Below, in pieces: positions 27,778-37,422 of a stretch of DNA of 47,551 bases. The translations under genes and the position numbers were made by a program. The notes under the pieces were generated by a model. The model ran no database searches, was not told the DNA's origin, and saw only the letters and a list, made by a program, of their open reading frames with translations. Source of the DNA: Fidelibacterota bacterium (lineage in GTDB: Bacteria; Fidelibacterota; Marinisomatia; Marinisomatales; TCS55); assembly GCA_046861385.1 (NCBI GenBank), contig JBHHTW010000015.1, positions 1-47,551 of the forward strand. The letters are read 5' to 3'. How positions within the stretch are numbered: position 1 is the stretch's first letter; the number at the start of each line of letters is the position of its first letter.

Positions 27778-28962
27778 TTGATAAAAAATCTAAATACTTT
27801 TGATCTAAAAGATAAACGTGTTCTTTTACGCGTTGATTTCAACGTTCCTCTTGACAAGGGTGTTGTTGAAGACGATTTTCGAATTCGATCAGCATTACCC
27901 ACGATCGAATATTGTTTAAAACAGTGTGCCGGTGTTGTTATCATGTCCCATCTTGGCAGACCTAATGGAAGGGTGGATAAAAATTTTAGTCTGATTCCAG
28001 TAGGAGAATCATTGGCTGATCTTCTTGAAATGCCGATCAAATTTTCCGATAACTGTGTGAGTGAAGATGCCCATGATACGTCTTTGGGTATTAGCACTGG
28101 GGAGATACATCTTTTGGAAAACCTTAGGTTTCATAAAGAAGAAACATTAAACAATCAATATTTTTCCATGCAATTAGCTAAACACGGACAAGTATTTATT
28201 AATGACGCCTTTGGCACTGCTCATCGAACCCATGCTTCCAATGTTGGGATTGTTCATCACTTCAAACAAAAAGGGATGGGATTTTTAATGGAAAAGGAAT
28301 ACATGTTTTTAAAAGAGTCTTTTGAAAGCCCAAAACGTCCATTAACAATGATCCTCGGTGGGGCAAAGATTGGGACAAAGTTGACATTAATAAACAGATT
28401 CTTAAATAAATCCGATCTTTTATTAATTGGTGGTGGCATGGCTTTTACATTTTTAAAGGCAAAAGGATATAACATAGGAAACTCTCTTGTCGATGAAAAA
28501 ATGTTGTCTACTGCCAAACAAATTATGGACTCAGCAAAACAAAGAAATGTAACCATTATTTTGCCCTCAGATTTTTTATGTGCAGAAAATTTGGAAGCCA
28601 AACCGGAAGGTGTTTTTTCCAATCGAGACATCCCAGATGATTTGATGGGTTTGGATATTGGGCCAAATACAATTATTAAATTCAATAAGTATATCGGTCA
28701 GTCAAATACTATACTATGGAATGGCCCTATGGGCGTATTCGAAAATGAACATTATACAAACGGCTCAAAAGAGGTGGCAAAAAAACTCGCTGAAATTAAT
28801 GATAATGGAGCATTGGTAATTGTGGGTGGAGGCGAAACCGCTGCAGCCATCCGGAAGTTTGGATTTCAAAATAATGTTACCCATGTATCCACAGGTGGTG
28901 GAGCATCGTTGGAACTTTTAAGCGGAAAAACATTACCTGCTTTTAGTGCATTGGAGTTATAA
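27778..28962 (+). CDS. pgk: Phosphoglycerate kinase
   Basis: RVDFNVP, SHLGRP, LLENLRF, NDAFGTAHR, WNGPMGVFE and HVSTGGGASL. TTG start. Confidence 0.97.
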   Translation: MIKNLNTFDLKDKRVLLRVDFNVPLDKGVVEDDFRIRSALPTIEYCLKQCAGVVIMSHLGRPNGRVDKNFSLIPVGESLADLLEMPIKFSDNCVSEDAHDTSLGISTGEIHLLENLRFHKEETLNNQYFSMQLAKHGQVFINDAFGTAHRTHASNVGIVHHFKQKGMGFLMEKEYMFLKESFESPKRPLTMILGGAKIGTKLTLINRFLNKSDLLLIGGGMAFTFLKAKGYNIGNSLVDEKMLSTAKQIMDSAKQRNVTIILPSDFLCAENLEAKPEGVFSNRDIPDDLMGLDIGPNTIIKFNKYIGQSNTILWNGPMGVFENEHYTNGSKEVAKKLAEINDNGALVIVGGGETAAAIRKFGFQNNVTHVSTGGGASLELLSGKTLPAFSALEL

Positions 28963-29723
28963 TGAGTAAAAGATATATTATTGCAGCAAATTGGAAGATG
29001 AATAAGACGATTGAAGAGAGTAAAAATTTCATCGAAAAGTTCAATAATTTACTTTTGGATATCCCTTCGTCAAAAGTTATATTCTGCCCGCCTTTTTTCA
29101 CGCTATTTTACATGAACGAATTGTTACAAGATTCCCCTTATAGCACCGCAGCTCAAAATATGCATTGGGAGGATAAGGGTGCCTACACAGGAGAAGTCTC
29201 TGCAAATATGTTAACATCTTCCGGAATTTCCCACGTCATTATCGGTCATTCTGAACGAAGACATCTTTTTGGCGAGACGGATGCAAACGTGAACTTAAAA
29301 ATACAAAAGGCGCTTAAAAGTCTTTTAACTCCGATTATGTGTGTCGGTGAAACTTTGGAAGATAGGAAGAATGGTAACACATTAACGGTACTCAGAAGTC
29401 AAATTAAAACCGGTTTAAAAGATATCGCATCTGGAGTTTTAAGCAATATTATTTTTGCATATGAACCGGTTTGGGCAATCGGAACAGGTGAAAGAGCGGA
29501 GCCAAAACAGATTGATGAAGCGCACAGAACAATCAGGAGTATCGTTAAATCATTAGGTGCAAAAGACAATTTTTCAATCCTCTACGGGGGATCTGTTAAG
29601 AGCAGTAATGTGAATGAATTACTCAATATTACTGAAGTAAATGGTTTTTTGATCGGTGGTGCAAGTTTAGATGCGAAAGAATTTGTTTCCATCATTCAAC
29701 AAACAGAAACATATATTAAATAA
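28962..29723 (+). CDS. tpiA: Triosephosphate isomerase
   Basis: ANWKMN, GHSERR, AYEPVWAIGTG, YGGSV and IGGASL motifs. Confidence 0.97.
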   Translation: MSKRYIIAANWKMNKTIEESKNFIEKFNNLLLDIPSSKVIFCPPFFTLFYMNELLQDSPYSTAAQNMHWEDKGAYTGEVSANMLTSSGISHVIIGHSERRHLFGETDANVNLKIQKALKSLLTPIMCVGETLEDRKNGNTLTVLRSQIKTGLKDIASGVLSNIIFAYEPVWAIGTGERAEPKQIDEAHRTIRSIVKSLGAKDNFSILYGGSVKSSNVNELLNITEVNGFLIGGASLDAKEFVSIIQQTETYIK

Positions 29724-29734
29724 GGAATATTAAC

Positions 29735-30061
29735 GTGGTAGGATTTTTAATAACAATACACTCAATTGTCTGTCTATTGTTAATTGGTGTAATTCTTATG
29801 CAAGCCAGTCAAGGTGGTGGTTTGGCAGGTTCAATTGGTGGAGGAATGACCAATGCCGTTTTTGGCGGAAGAGGAACAGCAACCATACTGAGCAAAGCAA
29901 CCATTTATCTTGCCATCGGATTCATGTCACTGGCACTGATCATTGGATTATTTAGTACCTCAACAACGATTGAGACAGAGTCTTTACTAAAACAGGAAGC
30001 TGATGAACGAGTTTTGGATTTATCGCTTCCTGGTTCACAAGAACTTGAAACAACAGAATAA
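29735..30061 (+). CDS. secG: Preprotein translocase subunit SecG
   Basis: Two TM segments with an ILMQ...GGGLAG loop, in tpiA-secG-tRNA-Leu synteny. Confidence 0.93.
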   Translation: MVGFLITIHSIVCLLLIGVILMQASQGGGLAGSIGGGMTNAVFGGRGTATILSKATIYLAIGFMSLALIIGLFSTSTTIETESLLKQEADERVLDLSLPGSQELETTE

Positions 30062-30063
30062 AC

Positions 30064-30147
30064 GCCGAAGTGGTGGAACTGGTAGACACGCTGTCTTGAG
30101 GGGGCAGTGAGGGAAACCTTGTGCCGGTTCGAGTCCGGCCTTCGGCA
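30064..30147 (+). tRNA. tRNA-Leu(GAG)
   Basis: GCCGAAG acceptor arm, ctgtc-ttGAGgg-ggcag anticodon arm, long variable arm, GGTTCGAGTCC T arm. Confidence 0.95.
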
Positions 30148-30160
30148 CAAAAAATATGAA

Positions 30161-30211
30161 TGCCGGTTCCCTGCCTGCCGGCAGGCAGGGAGTCACGGCC
30201 TTCGGCACAAA
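30161..30211 (+). repeat. Duplicate of the tRNA-Leu 3' end interrupted by the perfect palindrome CCTGCCTGCCGGCAGGCAGG
   Basis: tgccggttc[cctgcctgccggcaggcagg]gagtc(a)cggccttcggcacaaa versus the original tgccggttcgagtccggccttcggcacaaa at 30122-30151. Confidence 0.85.
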
Positions 30212-30226
30212 CAAAAGAAAGATACT

Positions 30227-31531
30227 ATGCAGAAAATAATTATTTCACTCATATTAATTACGATCATTGGAGCACAAACTCCTGATGCTTTAATGCAAGA
30301 TGGACAATCCATGCTGGATAATAATGACTTGGAAGGAGCAAAAATGGTTCTAGAACAGGCGTTGCAGGCAGATCCAACATTTGCACCCGTTATGATTTTG
30401 CTCTCACACGTCTATCTGAGAATGGGAGATATGGATTCTACAAAAAAATATATTAACAACGCCATCGACACTGATCCGGAAAACCAAGAGTATCGCGATG
30501 AATTTGAACGCTTAAATGAGATCAATACACTGATGGCAGATGGAAAGCGTAATCTTCAGAATGGCGATTTAGCTGCAGCGTATGAATCATATCGGATTGT
30601 TTTGGAAAAATTTCCGTTCTTTTCAGAGGCAGATTATAGTATGGGGTTGGTAAAATTTCGCGAAAAGGATTTTCCAGGGGCTGTCTCTCATTTTAAAAAC
30701 GCTCTTTTATTAAACCCACAGCATGAAAATGCAAGAACCGCCATTTCAAATGTGGCAAAAAATAAATTTAATGAAGGAAATAACAGCTATAGGCGCCGTG
30801 ACTTAGAAGGTGCATTAACTTTATATAAAGAGGTATTAGACATTGACGAATCTTTTTATCAGGCCCATTATCAAATTGGTGTTATTCAATCCAAAATGGG
30901 TAACCGCGCTGTTGCCATCGAACACTATGAAAAAGCCCTGGAAATTGCTCCAAATTTTTACAAAGGATATTATGCACTTGCTTTGTCACAAAAGGCACGT
31001 GGAGATGTTGAAGCAGCCTTAAAATCGTTCCAAGCAGCCATAGATATTAATCCTGGATATGATAAAGCCTATGGCGCAATGGGGGATATTTATTTTGAGC
31101 AACAAAAATATGATGAGGCAATTAGCGTTCTAAATACATCAATTCAGGTCAATCCTAAATATGCAAAAGGATATTTAAATTTAGGAATCATCTACTCGGA
31201 GCAAGAACAATTTGAATCTGCAATTTCAAATTTGGAAATGGCCACATCACTTAATGAAAAGAGTTATATGTCGTGGTATCGTTTGGCTGCGGTTTATAAT
31301 GCCATTAACGATTGTGAAAATGCAAAACGAGCCGCAAGGAAATGTACAGATATGAAAAATAGCTTTGGAGGAGGATGGTTAGAATTAGGCATTGCAGAAT
31401 GGTGTGGCGGTAAAGGAAATAAGCGTGCCACTGAAAATGCATTGGAAAAGGCACGAAACGATCGATCCTGGCGAAAGTCTGCCGAATATGAACTAGATAA
31501 AGTTCGCAATCCTGAAAAATATCAGAAATAA
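30227..31531 (+). CDS. Exported tetratricopeptide repeat protein
   Basis: Signal peptide MQKIIISLILITIIGA and many TPR repeats (A..L.P...A...LG pattern). Confidence 0.9.
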   Translation: MQKIIISLILITIIGAQTPDALMQDGQSMLDNNDLEGAKMVLEQALQADPTFAPVMILLSHVYLRMGDMDSTKKYINNAIDTDPENQEYRDEFERLNEINTLMADGKRNLQNGDLAAAYESYRIVLEKFPFFSEADYSMGLVKFREKDFPGAVSHFKNALLLNPQHENARTAISNVAKNKFNEGNNSYRRRDLEGALTLYKEVLDIDESFYQAHYQIGVIQSKMGNRAVAIEHYEKALEIAPNFYKGYYALALSQKARGDVEAALKSFQAAIDINPGYDKAYGAMGDIYFEQQKYDEAISVLNTSIQVNPKYAKGYLNLGIIYSEQEQFESAISNLEMATSLNEKSYMSWYRLAAVYNAINDCENAKRAARKCTDMKNSFGGGWLELGIAEWCGGKGNKRATENALEKARNDRSWRKSAEYELDKVRNPEKYQK

Positions 31532-31566
31532 TTTCTGATCATTATCTTTTCTCGTAACTTCTCACG

Positions 31567-32250
31567 ATGATACAATCGGTCATATTCGATCTCGACAATA
31601 CGTTGTTGGATTTCATGAAAATGAAAGAATTTGCTGTGAAAGCAGCCATATCCGGTATGCAAGAAGCTGGGCTGGACGTTGATGAAGAAAAATCATATCA
31701 GAAAATCATCCAGATGTATAATGATCGAGGTTGGGAAAATCAGCAGATACTCAATGAATTTTTAATGGAATCAGTTGGATCTGTTAATAATAAAATACTA
31801 GTAGCTGGGATCGTATCTTATCGAAGAGCGAGAGAAGCTAATTTACAAGTGTACCCTAATGTAAATAGCACTTTGATGGCATTGGTTAAAATGGGTATGA
31901 AGCTGGCGGTTGTGTCTGACGCCCCCAGCCGGGAGGCCTGGATGCGATTGTACTATCTAAATCTCCACCATGTATTTGACGTTGTCCTTACTTTTGACGA
32001 TACACACGAACGTAAACCCTCTCCCATTCCTTTTAAACTTGCTTTGGAAAAACTGAACTCCTCACCGGAAAAAACCTTAATGGTCGGTGATTGGCCTGAT
32101 CGGGATGTGGTTGGTGCAAAACAAATTGGGATGAAAACAATATTTGCTCGTTACGGAGATACATTTGGAACCACACATTCCGGCGCTGACTGGGATGTAG
32201 ATGATATTCATCAAATCGTTGATATTATTAAAGAATTAAATGCCTCCTGA
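31567..32250 (+). CDS. HAD-IA family hydrolase
   Basis: FDLDNTL, VVSD, KPSP and MVGD...D motifs. Confidence 0.9.
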   Translation: MIQSVIFDLDNTLLDFMKMKEFAVKAAISGMQEAGLDVDEEKSYQKIIQMYNDRGWENQQILNEFLMESVGSVNNKILVAGIVSYRRAREANLQVYPNVNSTLMALVKMGMKLAVVSDAPSREAWMRLYYLNLHHVFDVVLTFDDTHERKPSPIPFKLALEKLNSSPEKTLMVGDWPDRDVVGAKQIGMKTIFARYGDTFGTTHSGADWDVDDIHQIVDIIKELNAS

Positions 32251-32611
32251 TGTCTATATTGGGACGGATATTGTTGATATTGCTCGAATTCGGGATATAA
32301 TAGATTCCCATCGGGACCGATTTCTCTCAAGAACTTATACATCCAAAGAACAATCTTATTGCCTAGGAAAGGCAAACCCCGGGATCCATTACGCTGGACG
32401 ATTTTCTGCAAAAGAAGCTATTAAAAAAGCACTTTTGACTTCTGGGATTCATGAACCCATCAACTGGTTGGAAATGGAAATCATTGCTGATACAACCGGA
32501 GCTCCCATTGTCAATTTAATTGGATCTAGATTTGAATCATTACAATGTCGAGTATCTATTTCCCATACAAATGAACTTGCAATTGCATTTGCTCTTATCA
32601 TAAAAAAATGA
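32240..32611 (+). CDS. acpS: Holo-ACP synthase
   Basis: IGTDIVDIARI, AGRFSAKEA and VSISH motifs. Confidence 0.93.
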   Translation: MPPDVYIGTDIVDIARIRDIIDSHRDRFLSRTYTSKEQSYCLGKANPGIHYAGRFSAKEAIKKALLTSGIHEPINWLEMEIIADTTGAPIVNLIGSRFESLQCRVSISHTNELAIAFALIIKK

Positions 32612-34125
32612 GGCTATTAACCACAGATCAAGCACGAATGTTAGATCAAATTTCCATGGATAAATATGGAGTTTCAGGAATTGAACTCATGGGAACTGCG
32701 GGTAAAGAAATCGCAAAAGAAGCTATATTAATGTTGGCAGAAATTCATGACCCGAGAATTTTGATACTTTCCGGGAAGGGAAATAACGGAGGAGACGGGT
32801 TTGCAGCAGCTATTCATTTAAAAGACTATAATATATCTATTTTTAGTATGATTGAGGATTCTGAAATCAAGGGAGATGCTGCCCATTTTCATGAACAATG
32901 TTTGAAAATGGAGATTCCCATCCATTACCATTCTGATATTCCGGAAGATACTGAGTTTGATCTCATTATTGATGCTATTCTGGGTACGGGAACCAAAGGT
33001 GAATTGAGAGATGATGTATCTAAATGGACTCAATGGATCAACAATCAGCTATGTCCTGTATTGTCTGTCGATTGTCCCACAGGGGTCAATGGAACGAATG
33101 GAAGTAGTTCTCCCAATACAGTTCGAGCATCAAAGACGGTTACATTTGGATTCTCAAAATTGGGTCTGCATTTGAAACAGGGTTCGGAATTTTCCGGTAA
33201 GATTAAAATCATTGATATAGGTTTTCCGGATGTAATGAATGAACTAGAGGGTCTTCTATGGTCAACATTTGAACAAATCAACCTATCGGACGGGTTAAAA
33301 ACTATTTCTATTGATACCTATAAACATAAACAGGGAAAAGTATTGATCATAGCCGGGTCAAAGGGTATGACAGGAGCAGCAATTTTAAGTACTTTCGGAG
33401 CTTTGAGGTCTGGTGCCGGTTTAACCATAACCTGCGCACCCGATTCTATCAATGATATATATGAGAAAACTATTATCGAGGGTATGACTGTATCCTGTGC
33501 AGACAATGGTACAGGATATTTTATTGAAGAAAGTTATGAAAAAATATCTTCAAAATTTGACTGGTGTGATGCGATAATAATTGGACCGGGTCTCGGCGAG
33601 AGTGACGCAACGAAACGATTGGTAAAAAAAGTAATTCTCAATTCAACCCGGCCTTTGGTAATTGATGCTGATGCATTACGAATATTTAATAAGAATACTG
33701 ACCTATTTAATCTCATTAATGTTCCATTCATCATAACACCTCATGAAGGAGAATTTTGTAGAATTCTAGGAATTCATCGTGATGAATTAATCAATGGATT
33801 TCCAACAATTATTGAATCCTTTATGAACACATTTCCCGGTGTGCTCATTTTGAAAAATGCGCCTACGCTGACATTTTATAAGCATAATGCAATCGTGAAT
33901 ACATCAGGGAATCCTGGAATGGCAACCGCAGGAATGGGAGATGTCTTGTCCGGTATTATTGGTGCGCTTGTTTCTCAGGGGGTGAATGCTTTTACGGCAT
34001 CACAAACAAGTGTCTATTTACACGGTTTAGCTGCAGATCATTTGTCTGTTTCAAAAGGATATAGAGGATTAATTGCATCTGATCTTTTAAATGAGTTACC
34101 CAATGTCCTCCACGAATTTGAATAA
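32608..34125 (+). CDS. nnr: Bifunctional NAD(P)H-hydrate epimerase/dehydratase (YjeF)
   Basis: GKGNNGGDG, DAILGTG, GKVLIIAGS...GAA, IDADAL, TPHEGE and ATAGMGDVL motifs. Confidence 0.92.
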   Translation: MRLLTTDQARMLDQISMDKYGVSGIELMGTAGKEIAKEAILMLAEIHDPRILILSGKGNNGGDGFAAAIHLKDYNISIFSMIEDSEIKGDAAHFHEQCLKMEIPIHYHSDIPEDTEFDLIIDAILGTGTKGELRDDVSKWTQWINNQLCPVLSVDCPTGVNGTNGSSSPNTVRASKTVTFGFSKLGLHLKQGSEFSGKIKIIDIGFPDVMNELEGLLWSTFEQINLSDGLKTISIDTYKHKQGKVLIIAGSKGMTGAAILSTFGALRSGAGLTITCAPDSINDIYEKTIIEGMTVSCADNGTGYFIEESYEKISSKFDWCDAIIIGPGLGESDATKRLVKKVILNSTRPLVIDADALRIFNKNTDLFNLINVPFIITPHEGEFCRILGIHRDELINGFPTIIESFMNTFPGVLILKNAPTLTFYKHNAIVNTSGNPGMATAGMGDVLSGIIGALVSQGVNAFTASQTSVYLHGLAADHLSVSKGYRGLIASDLLNELPNVLHEFE

Positions 34126-34465
34126 TCAAAAATATTTCAAAATTGCTTTTGTAATATATCTAATTACAATATTAGGTGTCTCAAGTATCCCGGGGAATTC
34201 TCTACCAAGAGTTATCATTTTATCACCCGATAAACTGCTGCACATGACTGAATACGCAATTTTGGCCATTTTAGCCTATTTAGGATTCAGGCGATTTTCG
34301 ATAACGCTTGTTTTCGGATTAGTAATTTTTACGTGTTTTGATGAAATATGGCAATCATTTATACCAGGACGGTCACCTAGCGTTTATGATGTAATTGCCG
34401 ATATTATTGGAATATTGATTGTGGTAACCATATTATATTTCCGTTCTTCAAAAAACCATGATTAG
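34103..34465 (+). CDS. VanZ family membrane protein
   Basis: DKLLHMTEYAIL and DEIWQSFIPGR...D motifs. The start may be 34091. Confidence 0.85.
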   Translation: MSSTNLNNQKYFKIAFVIYLITILGVSSIPGNSLPRVIILSPDKLLHMTEYAILAILAYLGFRRFSITLVFGLVIFTCFDEIWQSFIPGRSPSVYDVIADIIGILIVVTILYFRSSKNHD

Positions 34466-36113
34466 AAATATTTCCATAAAAAATTATGCCATATTCGATG
34501 AAATTGAACTTGATTTCAAAAACGGGTTAACGGTCATAACCGGTGAAACAGGTTCCGGAAAATCGATTTTATTATCCGCCATTCGTTCAGCTTTGGGGGG
34601 GAATGTCAAAGGCACCGATGTTCGAAGCGGTGAAAAAAAAGCGATATTGGAAATTAGTACCAGTCAAAATGGTATTGAAATAACCTGTAGAAAACTCATA
34701 CAATTATCTGGACGCAGCCGTTCATTTATAGATGATGAACCTCTGAAAAATAATGAATACAAAAGCAGGTTAAAAGTGATTGCAGATTTTCATGGCCAAC
34801 ATGAACAGCAATACATTATGAATAAAGAAACGCATATCGATTTTCTCGACACCTATGCTAAATTGAAAGATAAAGTCTCTCAGTTGGGATCGATATTCAA
34901 TGAATTGGTTCATTCGAAACAGAAACTTAAATCAATTCTCCAAAATCAAGCCCAAGACACTGACAGAAAAGCATTGATCTCGTTTCAACTCCAGGAAATT
35001 GATTTGGTTCATCCAGAACAGAGTGAGGATGATAAACTCTATGAAGAATTCAAAAAATTAAAACATTCTGATAAATTGATATCAACTGCTTTCGACTTGA
35101 ATAATCGGTTGACCGAACAAGATCAGTCACTATATAATGAACTATCCAGTATTCAGAAGGAATTGGATGAATTAGTTTCCATCGACGAATCATTGGAATC
35201 CCATTCCGCCGCTCTGGATGAATCGATGACAGCTCTGATGGATGCCTCTAACAGTTTACGACAATATGCATCTGGAATTGACCATGATGAGGCGCAATTA
35301 GAAAAAGTGGAAGCAAGGTTATTGGAAATTGAAGGACTCAAGAGAAAATACGGTGGAACACTTAAAGCAGTTATGAATTACCGTGATTCAATTGAAACGG
35401 AGTTGAAAACATTTCATAATCTGGGAGAAGAATTACAATTATTAGAGAAGAAAATAGAAAAGTTGCGTTCTAATTTCATATTTATTGCTAAAGAGTTGCA
35501 TGATGCCAGGAAACAGACCATATCGGATTTATGTAGAAAGATTGAAAGAGAATTAAATATTTTAAATATTCCCGGAGCAACTTTTGATGTGAATATGGGA
35601 ATTCAAAACGTAACAGATTCTGACATATCCATAAATGGGCAACCGGTTAAATATTATGCAAATGGCTATGATACTATTGAATTTTATATGAGTGCAAACC
35701 CAGGTGAGGCGATGAAGCCGTTAACAGATGTCGCATCCGGGGGCGAGGTGTCAAGAATCATGTTAGCCATTAAAACCATTTTTCAGGAAGTAGATCCTGT
35801 TGATACAATGGTATTCGATGAAATTGATTCAGGTATATCCGGGATATCAGCTGAAAAAGTTGCAGAATCATTAGCCAGATTGTCAAAAGAAAAACAGATT
35901 TTATGTGTAACTCATTTACCGCAGATCGCAGCAAAAGCACACCACCATTTACACATATCAAAGAAACAAAATAAAACCGGTACAATAGTTCAAATGTCCT
36001 ATTTGGATGAAGAAGAACGTGTTCAAGCCATTGCCCAATTATTTAGTGGTACATCACTCACAACGGATTCACTGGATTCAGCCAAAAGTATTTTAAGAGG
36101 TGCCCGTGGATAA
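34458..36113 (+). CDS. recN: DNA repair protein RecN
   Basis: ITGETGSGKS, HGQHEQ, ASGGEVSR, FDEIDSG and VTHLPQIA motifs. Confidence 0.95.
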   Translation: MIRNISIKNYAIFDEIELDFKNGLTVITGETGSGKSILLSAIRSALGGNVKGTDVRSGEKKAILEISTSQNGIEITCRKLIQLSGRSRSFIDDEPLKNNEYKSRLKVIADFHGQHEQQYIMNKETHIDFLDTYAKLKDKVSQLGSIFNELVHSKQKLKSILQNQAQDTDRKALISFQLQEIDLVHPEQSEDDKLYEEFKKLKHSDKLISTAFDLNNRLTEQDQSLYNELSSIQKELDELVSIDESLESHSAALDESMTALMDASNSLRQYASGIDHDEAQLEKVEARLLEIEGLKRKYGGTLKAVMNYRDSIETELKTFHNLGEELQLLEKKIEKLRSNFIFIAKELHDARKQTISDLCRKIERELNILNIPGATFDVNMGIQNVTDSDISINGQPVKYYANGYDTIEFYMSANPGEAMKPLTDVASGGEVSRIMLAIKTIFQEVDPVDTMVFDEIDSGISGISAEKVAESLARLSKEKQILCVTHLPQIAAKAHHHLHISKKQNKTGTIVQMSYLDEEERVQAIAQLFSGTSLTTDSLDSAKSILRGARG

Positions 36114-37356
36114 ACTAATGATTTATGGTCAAAAACCATTAAGTGGCACCGTAGAAATTAGCGGCGCTAAGAATGCCGTTTTACCCATGATGACAGCTGC
36201 ACTATTGGCTAATGGTGTTACCACAATTCATAGAGTGCCCGACCTTCGTGACACACGGACAATGGTCAGGTTATTGGAGATCATTGGTGCTGGTATCGAA
36301 TTTAAGAATGGAACGTTAAAAATTGACGCCTCAACGGTTTCTAACCTTATCGCACCCTACGATTTAGTCAAAACAATGAGAGCTTCATTTTATGTTATGG
36401 GTCCCTTATTGGGTCGTTTTAGGAAGGTGAAAGTATCCTTGCCGGGCGGTTGCGCATGGGGACCTCGACCGGTAGATATTCATCTTTCCGGAATGGAGAA
36501 ACTGGGAGCTTCTGTTAACCTGAATCAAGGATATATTAATGCCTCATGCACTCAACTGAAAGGAGCGAAAATAAAATTTAAATTTCCTTCTGTGGGAGCA
36601 ACTGGGAATGTCGTGATGGCGGCTGTTCTCTCGAAAGGCACCTCTATTATTGAAAATGCAGCTCGGGAACCAGATATAGTTCAATTATGTGAAATGTTAA
36701 ATCTAATGGGGGCCAAAATCTCTGGATTAGGAACTGCGCGTTTAACCGTGGAAGGGGTCGACGAATTAAAACCAACTGAGATATCAGTAATTCCGGATCG
36801 AATTGAAGCAGGAACATTTTTAATCGCCGGAGCCATGTTGGGAGATATTACTCTGAAAAATGTTAATGCGGCACACATCCAAACTGTTTTGGATAAACTA
36901 AAAGAAAGCGGTGCAAGTATTGTTGCAGATAAAGAGAAAATCCACATTCGGAAATCAAATGAAATTAACCCGGTTGATGTAATAACAAATGTATATCCGG
37001 GATTCCCGACTGATCTTCAGGCTCAATGGATTGCATTAATGTGTACTGCCTCTGGAAAGTCAGTTGTCACCGATACTGTGTATCATGATCGTTTTTCACA
37101 TGTGCCTGAATTATTACGTTTGGGTGCAAACATAACACTACATGACAATATAGTTGAAATAATGGGTGTTAGATTTTTAAAGGGAGCTAAGGTCATGTCA
37201 ACAGACATTCGGGCAAGTGCCTCATTAATTTTAGGTGGTTTAATTGCGGAAGGTAAAACGGAGGTGAGTCGTATTTATCATATTGACCGAGGGTATGAAC
37301 AAATTGAGAAAAAATTTAGAGCACTGGGTGCAGAAATATTCCGTGAATCAGAATAA
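36106..37356 (+). CDS. murA: UDP-N-acetylglucosamine 1-carboxyvinyltransferase
   Basis: SGAKNA, LPGGCAWGPRP, PGFPTDLQ and HIDRGYE. GTG at 36106 follows GAGG. Confidence 0.96.
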   Translation: MDKLMIYGQKPLSGTVEISGAKNAVLPMMTAALLANGVTTIHRVPDLRDTRTMVRLLEIIGAGIEFKNGTLKIDASTVSNLIAPYDLVKTMRASFYVMGPLLGRFRKVKVSLPGGCAWGPRPVDIHLSGMEKLGASVNLNQGYINASCTQLKGAKIKFKFPSVGATGNVVMAAVLSKGTSIIENAAREPDIVQLCEMLNLMGAKISGLGTARLTVEGVDELKPTEISVIPDRIEAGTFLIAGAMLGDITLKNVNAAHIQTVLDKLKESGASIVADKEKIHIRKSNEINPVDVITNVYPGFPTDLQAQWIALMCTASGKSVVTDTVYHDRFSHVPELLRLGANITLHDNIVEIMGVRFLKGAKVMSTDIRASASLILGGLIAEGKTEVSRIYHIDRGYEQIEKKFRALGAEIFRESE

Positions 37357-37422
37357 AACTAATTTTCTTTTTTCACATATTATTAACTGTATACATTCCC
37401 ACCAAGTTCGAACCAAAACAGA

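Noticed and set aside
30107-30226. N-terminal extension of the TPR ORF (contains PACRQAG)
   Set aside because: It is a translation of tRNA-Leu, its duplicate and the palindrome. The signal peptide starts at ATG 30227.
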